Below, piece by piece: positions 1 to 7,454 of a stretch of 43,327 nt of DNA. The stretch is from NCBI GenBank assembly GCA_038202665.1, contig JBBRES010000002.1:1-43327 (forward strand). Direction: 5' to 3'. The position numbers were made by a program, and so were the translations under genes. Source of the DNA: Candidatus Kapaibacterium sp. (GTDB lineage: Bacteria > Bacteroidota > Ignavibacteria > Kapaibacteriales > Kapaibacteriaceae). The notes beneath the pieces were generated by a model. That model had not been told where the DNA came from, did no database searches, and saw only the letters and a program-made list of their open reading frames with translations. Numbering within the stretch: the stretch's first letter is position 1; every line of letters begins with the position of its first letter.

Positions 1-61
1 GTTCGGCCACGTAGCGTTCGATAGATCCGAAGACCTCGTCGAAGGCATCAAAGTAATCCAT
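1..61 (-). CDS. 5' end of an unidentified CDS that runs off the window (about 20 codons visible)
   Basis: A minus-strand ATG at 61..59 opens a frame reading MDYFDAFDEVFGSIERYVAE with no stop before the window edge. It is too short to classify. Confidence 0.3.
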   Translation of the reverse strand, partial: MDYFDAFDEVFGSIERYVAE

Positions 62-297
62 GTTCTGACCTTTCTGTAGAGACATGCCAACGTGTCATAT
101 CAATAAAACACTTTGGGATGCTGTATTGTTACATCCAGTGCCGTGCCAATTTTCCACATCGCCACGCCACGCCACCTTTCCGCCCTTTTTCGTAGATTTG
201 CTTCCCTTTCCCGATTGGCTCGAACGCTTGTTCAACTAATGTAGATCGGTGGAGTGATGTCACGAGCCAACCATCACGTCTGCCTACAGGAGATAGT

Positions 298-2148
298 ATG
301 TCGGAAACAACCCCTTCTTCGCAAGAAGACCTCACCATGGAAGTAGTGGCAGCAGCCGCTGCAACGCCAGACGTTGCAGAAGAAAAGGCGTCACCCAAGC
401 GCACAGCCATGGCTGCGATCCTTGCCGGAGAGCTCGATAACGTTTCAATGAATGCATCGGATTTCGAAGCACTCTACGAGCGTACGTTGTCGAAAGTCAA
501 AGAAGATGAAATGGTCCACGGTCGCGTGGTCTCTGTTACGCGTGACGAGATCCTTGTGGATATCGGATTCAAGTCGCTGGGCGTTGTCCCACGCACAGAG
601 TTCGTTGGCGCAGAGCTTCTCACGCCAGGCGATCAGGTAGACGTGTTCGTAGAAAAGATCGAAGACGCCGAAGGTCGCCTGATCTTGAGCCGTCGCCGTG
701 CAGACTTCATGAAGACATGGGAAGACATCCTCAAGCTGCACGACACGCAGCAAGTGGTACCGGTACGCATCCTTCGTCGCATTAAGGGCGGCATGGTGGT
801 GGACCTTCTTGGTATCGAGGCCTTCCTTCCAGGTTCACAAATCGATGTGCGCCCCGTGCGTGACTTCGATGCATGGGTCACACGTACAATTGATGTACGC
901 GTGGTAAAGGTGAACCATCCGAGCGAAAATGTTGTGGTGAGCCACAAGGTGCTGCTCGAAGAGCAACTCAGCGAGCAACGCGGTAAGATTCTTGGCACCC
1001 TTGAGAAGGGTCTCGTACTTGAAGGTACGGTAAAGGCAATCTCGGACTTTGGTGTGTTCGTAGATCTTGGTGGCGTAGACGGCTTGGTGCACATCACAGA
1101 CCTCTCATGGGGCCGCGTGACGCATCCAAGCGAGATCGTCCAACTCGATCAAACAGTCAAGGTTGTAGTGCTCGACTTCGATGAGAACAAGAAGCGCATC
1201 AGCCTTGGTATGAAGCAACTCACATCGCACCCATGGGATCAGATTGGCGAGAAGTACGAGCCAGGCACCCGCGTGAAGGGTAAAGTGGTTTCGCTTACCG
1301 ATTACGGTGCCTTCATCGAAATCGAAAAGGGCGTCGAAGGTCTCATCCACATCAGCGAAATGTCGTGGACGCAACACGTCAAGCACCCATCACAAGTGGT
1401 GTCGCTTGGTCAGCAGATCGAAGCCATTGTGTTGAACATCGACAAGAACGATCGCAAGCTCGCTCTTGGCATGAAGCAACTGGATCCAGATCCATGGTCA
1501 GACCTGATGATGAAGTATCCAATGAGCTCCGTTCACAAGGGTACCGTTCGCAACCTCACAAACTTTGGCGTCTTCGTAGAACTCGAGCCAGGTGTTGATG
1601 GCCTTGTGCACATCAGCGATCTCTCGTGGACGAAGAAGATCCGCCACCCAGGTGAGTTCGTCAAGAAGGGCGACGTCTTGGATGTGATCGTACTCTCGAT
1701 CGATTCCGAGCACCGCCGCATCTCGCTTGGTCACAAGCAGATCAGCGAAAATCCATGGGATATCTTCGAGAATCAATTCTCAATCGGTAAGGAAACAGAA
1801 GGCAAGATCGTTCGCATCATCGACAAGGGTGTGATCGTAGAATTGCCGGAAGGCGTCGACGGATTCGTTCCGGTGTCGCAACTTTCCTTTGCTCCCGTTC
1901 GCGTGATTGCCGACTACTTTGTACCAGATCAAGTTCTCCCACTCAAGGTGGTTGAATTCGATAAGGAACAAAAGAAGATCGTTCTTTCTGCTGTGGAATT
2001 CCTTCGCGGGAAAGACACAGAAGTGATCGCTACCTACAACACGAACCACCCGGTTCCGAATGCAGATAAGTACAACGAAGACGGTTCTGCATCCGCAACC
2101 ACGTCGATCGAAGACCTCGAAGAATCCGAACCGGTTTCAGGCGAGTAA
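298..2148 (+). CDS. rpsA: 30S ribosomal protein S1
   Basis: The 616-aa protein has six tandem S1/OB repeats (GRVVSVTRDEILVDIG, GTVKAISDFGVFVDLGGVDGLVHITDLSW, GKVVSLTDYGAFIEIEKGVEGLIHISEMSW and others). AGGAG at 288..292 lies 5 nt upstream of the ATG. Confidence 0.97.
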   Translation: MSETTPSSQEDLTMEVVAAAAATPDVAEEKASPKRTAMAAILAGELDNVSMNASDFEALYERTLSKVKEDEMVHGRVVSVTRDEILVDIGFKSLGVVPRTEFVGAELLTPGDQVDVFVEKIEDAEGRLILSRRRADFMKTWEDILKLHDTQQVVPVRILRRIKGGMVVDLLGIEAFLPGSQIDVRPVRDFDAWVTRTIDVRVVKVNHPSENVVVSHKVLLEEQLSEQRGKILGTLEKGLVLEGTVKAISDFGVFVDLGGVDGLVHITDLSWGRVTHPSEIVQLDQTVKVVVLDFDENKKRISLGMKQLTSHPWDQIGEKYEPGTRVKGKVVSLTDYGAFIEIEKGVEGLIHISEMSWTQHVKHPSQVVSLGQQIEAIVLNIDKNDRKLALGMKQLDPDPWSDLMMKYPMSSVHKGTVRNLTNFGVFVELEPGVDGLVHISDLSWTKKIRHPGEFVKKGDVLDVIVLSIDSEHRRISLGHKQISENPWDIFENQFSIGKETEGKIVRIIDKGVIVELPEGVDGFVPVSQLSFAPVRVIADYFVPDQVLPLKVVEFDKEQKKIVLSAVEFLRGKDTEVIATYNTNHPVPNADKYNEDGSASATTSIEDLEESEPVSGE

Positions 2149-2170
2149 TGGTCGACCGATGATCTACGAC

Positions 2171-2204
2171 GGGGACGCATCACATGATGCGTCCCCTTTT
2201 TTTT
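2171..2204 (+). terminator. Rho-independent terminator downstream of rpsA
   Basis: A perfect 11-bp stem pairs GGGGACGCATC (2171..2181) with GATGCGTCCCC (2186..2196) around the 4-nt loop ACAT. A run of 8 T follows at 2197..2204. Confidence 0.85.
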
Positions 2205-2219
2205 ACCGAGACCACAACT

Positions 2220-3524
2220 ATGGAACTCCAAGCGCTGCTCGATGAATTGTTTGCCATGACGTTCGTGGGCATCAAGCCCGGACTCGAACGCATCGAGGTA
2301 TTGTGTGCATCGGTGGGCGATCCGCAAGACACGTATCCCGTGATCCATGTTGCGGGCACCAATGGAAAGGGCAGTCTTTGTGCGATGATCGCCGCAGTTC
2401 TCCAAGGCGCTGGACTGAAGGTTGGCCTGTACACATCTCCACATATTGAATGCTTCAATGAACGCATTCGGGTGAACGGTGTGCAGATCGCCGACGTAGA
2501 TGTGGCTCGCCTCGCACGTCCGCTGATGGACGCGGCCACAGCCATCCAAGGCACCTTCTTTGAAGTAACCACAGCCATGGCATTTCAGTACTTCGCGGAG
2601 CAGCGTGTAGATGTAGCAGTGATCGAGACGGGACTCGGCGGCCGACTCGATGCAACAAACATTGTCTCGCCAATGTTGACGGCGATTACCTCTATCGACT
2701 TCGACCACATGGAATACTTGGGGTCGACCCTCGAGAGTATTGCCAGCGAGAAAGCCGGCATCATCAAATCTGGTACACCCTGCGTGATTGCCGAACCACG
2801 TCGTGAACTACGCGCCGTCTTCGAAGCACGCTCCCTGCAGGTTGGAGCGCCCTTTGTGTTTGTAGACGATGAAGTGCACGTAGACGTAGACACGATGCAT
2901 CCAGACCTTTCTATGACGGTAAGCGTGATTACCCGTGACGATCGGTTCTACGTCACCACAGACCTTTGTGGCGCACACCAAGCACGCACGGTTGCGACGG
3001 TCATCGCGTGCTGGCCGTATCTCGAGCAGCTGCTTCCTCGCATTCCCGATGATGTGCTTGCGGATGAGCAACGACGTGCATGGTATTTGCCCCTTGCCGC
3101 CGTTCAGCAGATGACTGGACTTCGAGGACGGATACAACTGTTGCAAACCGACCCGCCCGTTATTCTTGACGTAGCACATAATCCGGCGAGCATGGCCGCC
3201 TTGGTGCAAACCCTTCGCGCATGCGGGTATCAAGAGCATTCGTTGAACGTGGTCTTTGGTGTGATGGGTGATAAGGATGCATCGGTGATGATCGACATTC
3301 TCTTCCCAATGGTGCGGCAGCTGTATGTGTGTGCCCCGGTGTATAAGCGTTCCATGCCTACAGAGGGCGTAGCACAGATTGCAGCAGAGTGCAACATCCC
3401 AGCCATCACCACGCACGAAAGCGTTGCAGCGGCAGTGCAAGCAGCGGTCGCCACACACTCCCCTGTTCTCATCTGCGGCTCGTTCTATGTAGCCGAAGAG
3501 GCATTGTCGTATTTTCGTAGATGA
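2220..3524 (+). CDS. folC: Bifunctional folylpolyglutamate synthase / dihydrofolate synthase
   Basis: Mur-ligase-type P-loop HVAGTNGKGS, the ETGLGGRLDATN motif and the overall FolC length support the call. The start is moved to the ATG at 2220 (MELQALLDEL) because the ORF-track ATG at 2184 sits inside the rpsA terminator hairpin. Confidence 0.9.
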   Translation: MELQALLDELFAMTFVGIKPGLERIEVLCASVGDPQDTYPVIHVAGTNGKGSLCAMIAAVLQGAGLKVGLYTSPHIECFNERIRVNGVQIADVDVARLARPLMDAATAIQGTFFEVTTAMAFQYFAEQRVDVAVIETGLGGRLDATNIVSPMLTAITSIDFDHMEYLGSTLESIASEKAGIIKSGTPCVIAEPRRELRAVFEARSLQVGAPFVFVDDEVHVDVDTMHPDLSMTVSVITRDDRFYVTTDLCGAHQARTVATVIACWPYLEQLLPRIPDDVLADEQRRAWYLPLAAVQQMTGLRGRIQLLQTDPPVILDVAHNPASMAALVQTLRACGYQEHSLNVVFGVMGDKDASVMIDILFPMVRQLYVCAPVYKRSMPTEGVAQIAAECNIPAITTHESVAAAVQAAVATHSPVLICGSFYVAEEALSYFRR

Positions 3525-5050
3525 TTAAACGCGCCCTCCTCTCCGTCTCCGATAAAACCGGCATTGTTGAATTCGCACGTTCGTTGCATGAACTCGGTAT
3601 CGAGATCATCTCTACGGGCGGCACCGCATCGACGATTGCTGCTGCCGGAATTCCCGTTCTCAAAGTTTCCGACATCACGGGTTTCCCGGAGATCATGGAC
3701 GGTCGCGTGAAAACACTTCACCCGAAAATCCATGGTGCCCTTCTTGCCGTCACAGATAACGCCGAACATGTTCAGGCAATGGGCGATCACGATATCACCA
3801 AGATTGATCTTGTTGCCATCAATCTGTATCCGTTCGAGAGCACTGTTGCACGCAGAGGCGCAAGGCACGACGAGATTATCGAGAACATCGATATTGGTGG
3901 ACCGGCCATGGTTCGTGCGTCCGCGAAGAACTACAAGTTCACCACCATCATCGTCAACCCATCACACTACACATCCATCATCGAGTTATTGAAGCAAGGT
4001 GGCAAGGTGGATGATGCGATGCGCGAGCAGTTGGCCATGGAGGCGTATTCGCATACAGCACGATACGATGCACTCATCTCGCAGTATTTCGCTGCTCGCA
4101 ATGGCGTCACGTTTCCACACGAAACAGCACTCCCGCTTATCACCGATCAGTCGCTGCGTTACGGAGAGAACCCTCATCAGAAGGCCGTGTTGTACGGTTC
4201 GTTCTCAACCATCTTTACGCAGTTGCACGGCAAGGAATTGTCGTATAACAACATCATGGACATCGATGCGGCAACGCGCATTGTGTTGGAGTTCGACGAG
4301 CCTACGTGCGTGATCGTGAAGCACAACAATCCATGTGGTGTTGGTTCTGGCACCAGCCTTGTCGATGCCTATCGCAAGGCATTCGCGACAGATTCGGTGA
4401 GTCCGTTTGGCGGCATCATTGCCATGAACCGCCCTATTGATGCGGACATGGCGCAGGAGATCCATTCGTTGTTTGCAGAGGTGCTGATTGCACCATCGTA
4501 CTCCGAAGAGGCCCTAGCCGTATTGCAAAAGAAGAAAGACCGCAGGTTGATGACCGTAGACTATGATCGTCTTGCCTCGCTACAAGGCGTAGACATCCGC
4601 GCAGTTGCCGGCGGATTCTTGTTGCAAACAGCAGACGACCAGCTCCTCGATGAGCAAGCGTTGCGCGTTGTTACAGAACGTCAGCCTTCACCGGAAGAAC
4701 AGGCCGCTATGATGTATGCGTGGCGCATTGCAAAGCACGTGAAGAGCAACGCCATTGTGTATGCTTCTGCAGATCGGTCGTTAGCTATTGGGGCGGGACA
4801 GATGAGTCGCATCGACTCTGCTCGCATCGCCGTGCGTAAGGCCGCAGATGCCGGCATCGATCTCACCGGCTGCGCTGTCGCATCGGATGCCTTCTTCCCG
4901 TTTGCCGACGGACTGCTTCAAGCCGCCGAAGCTGGCGCTGTGTGCGTGATCCAGCCCGGCGGAAGTGTACGTGACGAAGAAGTGATAGCCGCAGCGAACG
5001 AACAGGGCCTTACGATGATGTTCACTGGTATGCGACATTTCCGACATTGA
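3521..5050 (+). CDS. purH: Bifunctional AICAR formyltransferase / IMP cyclohydrolase
   Basis: N-terminal MGS-like domain ([26 protein letters not shown]), [14 protein letters not shown] and the canonical C-terminal RHFRH. The ATG overlaps the folC stop (ATGA at 3521..3524). Confidence 0.97.
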   Translation: MIKRALLSVSDKTGIVEFARSLHELGIEIISTGGTASTIAAAGIPVLKVSDITGFPEIMDGRVKTLHPKIHGALLAVTDNAEHVQAMGDHDITKIDLVAINLYPFESTVARRGARHDEIIENIDIGGPAMVRASAKNYKFTTIIVNPSHYTSIIELLKQGGKVDDAMREQLAMEAYSHTARYDALISQYFAARNGVTFPHETALPLITDQSLRYGENPHQKAVLYGSFSTIFTQLHGKELSYNNIMDIDAATRIVLEFDEPTCVIVKHNNPCGVGSGTSLVDAYRKAFATDSVSPFGGIIAMNRPIDADMAQEIHSLFAEVLIAPSYSEEALAVLQKKKDRRLMTVDYDRLASLQGVDIRAVAGGFLLQTADDQLLDEQALRVVTERQPSPEEQAAMMYAWRIAKHVKSNAIVYASADRSLAIGAGQMSRIDSARIAVRKAADAGIDLTGCAVASDAFFPFADGLLQAAEAGAVCVIQPGGSVRDEEVIAAANEQGLTMMFTGMRHFRH

Positions 5051-7454
5051 TCCTGCTTGCTTTGTGCAGCACACCAAGGTTGTGTTGTACTTTTCCAAAC
5101 ACGGTGTGAACAGGAAACAACTCATCCTTCCCCATCACACCAGCCGGCAAACCGGTCATAAGGAATACTGCTTCTTCTAGACACTTCACGGGATAGATGA
5201 AGAACTCTTTCTTCTTCACGGCTTGAATGATCTCGGGTCGAAGCATCAGATCTTTCACGTTTTGATGCGGGATCACAATGCCCTGCGTCCCTGTAAGCCC
5301 TCGGTCCTTACATACTTCAAAGAATCCCGTGATTTTGTAGTTCACGCCCCCGATCGGTTGAATATCGCCCTTCTGGTTGATCGATCCGGTAATGGCCATG
5401 TCTTGACGAACGGGAACGTTGGAGATGGCGCTCAACAGGGCAATGGTCTCTGCAGCCGAGGCGCTATCGCCGTCGATCTCTCCATACGATTGCTCGAATG
5501 CAATGCTAGCACTAAAGCTGATGGGCTGTGCGCGCGAGAAGATTGCTCGTACAAGTCCGCTCAAGATCAAGACGCCTTTGTTGTGGATACTACCACTGAG
5601 ATCTACTTCGCGTTCAATGTTGATGATGCCAGCATTGCCAGCACTCACGGTGGCCGTGATGCGAGCCGGCTTGCCATACGATTCGATACCAGTGGAGTAC
5701 ACAGTAAGACCGTTAATCTGTCCAACGCGTGCTCCCTTCGTGTCTATCAACAACACGCCCGTTCGAATCTGCTCACGATACTGCTCATCGCTTTGATTGT
5801 GTCTCCACCGTCGTTGTTCTTCTGCGTGATGCACATGTGTGCGTGTGACGAGCGTCGCGCCAGCCTGCTGTGCATAGAACGATGCCTCGCGGAGCAGATC
5901 GGCGACGTAACTGAATTGCAGCGTGATTTTTTCTTGCGACTCCGTCATGGCTACAGCGTACTCCGTGAGTGCCGACGCGCCCGTACGATCGCAGTGCAAG
6001 AGTGATTCTTCGTTGGCAATCAGCGCAAAGAACCGTGAGTATTGCTTGATCATGTCGGCCGTACGCTTGGCCTCGTGCCAGAACTCCGCGTGCACCTTGA
6101 ACATCTTTGGGAATTCGTCGTCTTGCGACCACAGATAGTTGTAGATCGAAACATCGCCCAGCAAGATGACCTTGACGTTCACCTTGATGTATTCTGGTTT
6201 GAGTGCCGTCAGTTGGAATTGTATCTCGGGATTGTGAATCTCCAGTCGACCATGCAACATCACTTTCTTGAGTGCCTGCCATGCCGCGGCATCACCAAGC
6301 AAGTCCAACGCATTCATGATCAAGAATCCGCCATCGGCTCGGAGAACCGCCCCGGCCTTGATCTGCGAGAAGTCGCTGACGTAGAATCCGCGCGCATCAT
6401 AGCGCTTCTCGATCGTTCCAAACAAGTTCTGATAGGTAGGCGACGTCTCGACAATCACCGGGGCCTTCTTTGTATCGGCATTGTCGAGAATGAGGTTTAC
6501 TCCGTACCGACCGAATGCCACCTTGATGGCCTCTTCGGCAGCATCGTCTGCCATGCCCGACGCGCGAGCTGCAAAGAGCTTAACGTAATCGTCCAAGTGA
6601 GAAAGAATGTCGCGTTGTACCTCAACAAGAAACGCGGTGACGCGAGAGCGTTTGAAGTGTTCGGAGATGTCGTCGAACACTCCCTTCATGAGGAGACCAA
6701 CGGCGGCCTGATCGTGCTGCGAAAGTTCTCTGCGGAACTCAACCATCAAACGCATGGAGCGTCGTCCGATTTCCGACAGTTCTTCGCGCAGTTGTGCATA
6801 CTGCTCGCCGATAACCTTTACTTGCTCCATCGTCATCGTACCAGCTTTGACGAGCTCATCTAGCTCTTCTATTTGATACGGCTTCCCGTCCGCCACCGCA
6901 AAGATCTCTGTGTGCACGGCTCCATCATCTTCTTGCACTTGCCCAACCGTAAATCCTGCGGGCTTGATTTTGGTGTCGAACTCTTTCAAGAAACCCTTCT
7001 CATGCTCTTGGAACCGAGCGATGATCGACTTCCTACTTGCTTGAAACTGATCTTCTTCAAACAGTTGCGGAATCCGTCGTTTGAGCAGCGCAATGGCCTC
7101 GTCCATCATGCGCGCAAAGACACGTCCTTCAGACGGCTTGAAGCGCAGCAGGACTGGATTTTCTGACTGCTTGAAGTTGTGCACGTAGCAGAAATCGTAG
7201 AGGTCTTGAGGTCCCTTCTCGATCTCTTCCAGCACGGTACGCGCCGTGGTCATCTTCCCTGTTCCACTTTGTCCCGAGAGGTAGATGTTGTATCCCTGCG
7301 ATGGGATCTGCGCACCAAGAGTAATGGCCTCGATGGCTCGGTCTTGACCGATGATCCTCCGCAGCGGCCGGAGTTCTTTGGTGGTTTTGAATGTAAAGGT
7401 CGACGTAGGACACGACCATGTGAGATGTGTATGCTTGAGAGGAGTGATCTTCAT
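5022..7454 (-). CDS. Lon-like protease of the AAA_32 + Lon_C (S16) architecture
   Basis: Walker A is GQSGTGKMT (7248..7274), followed by a long helical insertion. The C-terminal S16 domain has DGDSAS and GGVNYK, so the Ser-Lys spacing is 43 residues, as in E. coli Lon S679/K722. The start is set at the ATG at 7454 (MKITPLKH), which overlaps the stop of the upstream gene. Confidence 0.85.
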   Translation of the reverse strand: MKITPLKHTHLTWSCPTSTFTFKTTKELRPLRRIIGQDRAIEAITLGAQIPSQGYNIYLSGQSGTGKMTTARTVLEEIEKGPQDLYDFCYVHNFKQSENPVLLRFKPSEGRVFARMMDEAIALLKRRIPQLFEEDQFQASRKSIIARFQEHEKGFLKEFDTKIKPAGFTVGQVQEDDGAVHTEIFAVADGKPYQIEELDELVKAGTMTMEQVKVIGEQYAQLREELSEIGRRSMRLMVEFRRELSQHDQAAVGLLMKGVFDDISEHFKRSRVTAFLVEVQRDILSHLDDYVKLFAARASGMADDAAEEAIKVAFGRYGVNLILDNADTKKAPVIVETSPTYQNLFGTIEKRYDARGFYVSDFSQIKAGAVLRADGGFLIMNALDLLGDAAAWQALKKVMLHGRLEIHNPEIQFQLTALKPEYIKVNVKVILLGDVSIYNYLWSQDDEFPKMFKVHAEFWHEAKRTADMIKQYSRFFALIANEESLLHCDRTGASALTEYAVAMTESQEKITLQFSYVADLLREASFYAQQAGATLVTRTHVHHAEEQRRWRHNQSDEQYREQIRTGVLLIDTKGARVGQINGLTVYSTGIESYGKPARITATVSAGNAGIINIEREVDLSGSIHNKGVLILSGLVRAIFSRAQPISFSASIAFEQSYGEIDGDSASAAETIALLSAISNVPVRQDMAITGSINQKGDIQPIGGVNYKITGFFEVCKDRGLTGTQGIVIPHQNVKDLMLRPEIIQAVKKKEFFIYPVKCLEEAVFLMTGLPAGVMGKDELFPVHTVFGKVQHNLGVLHKASRINVGNVAYQ

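Noticed and set aside
161-175. The GCCAC GCCAC GCCAC micro-repeat in the rpsA upstream region.
   Set aside because: Three copies of a pentamer are too short to distinguish from chance. It is mentioned only as part of the pyrimidine-rich leader.
129-410. A 93-aa minus-strand ORF spanning the rpsA start region.
   Set aside because: It overlaps the rpsA leader, RBS and first codons. It has Ala/Ser/Arg-rich composition typical of an antisense shadow frame in GC-rich DNA, and no start context or motif.
2184-2219. The ORF-track N-terminal extension of folC (MMRPLFFTETTT).
   Set aside because: The ATGATG lies in the loop and right arm of the rpsA terminator hairpin, and the extension reads through the T8 tract. 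The ATG at 2220 gives a normal FolC N-terminus.
5223-6863. Two long plus-strand ORFs (260 and 273 aa) opposite the Lon-like gene.
   Set aside because: They are entirely antisense to a CDS with clear Lon motifs, show no recognisable motifs and have Arg/Leu/Ser-heavy shadow-frame composition. The same reasoning applies to 2034..2708, 23927..24637, 30488..31111, 35461..36213, 40903..41307 and 41681..42229.
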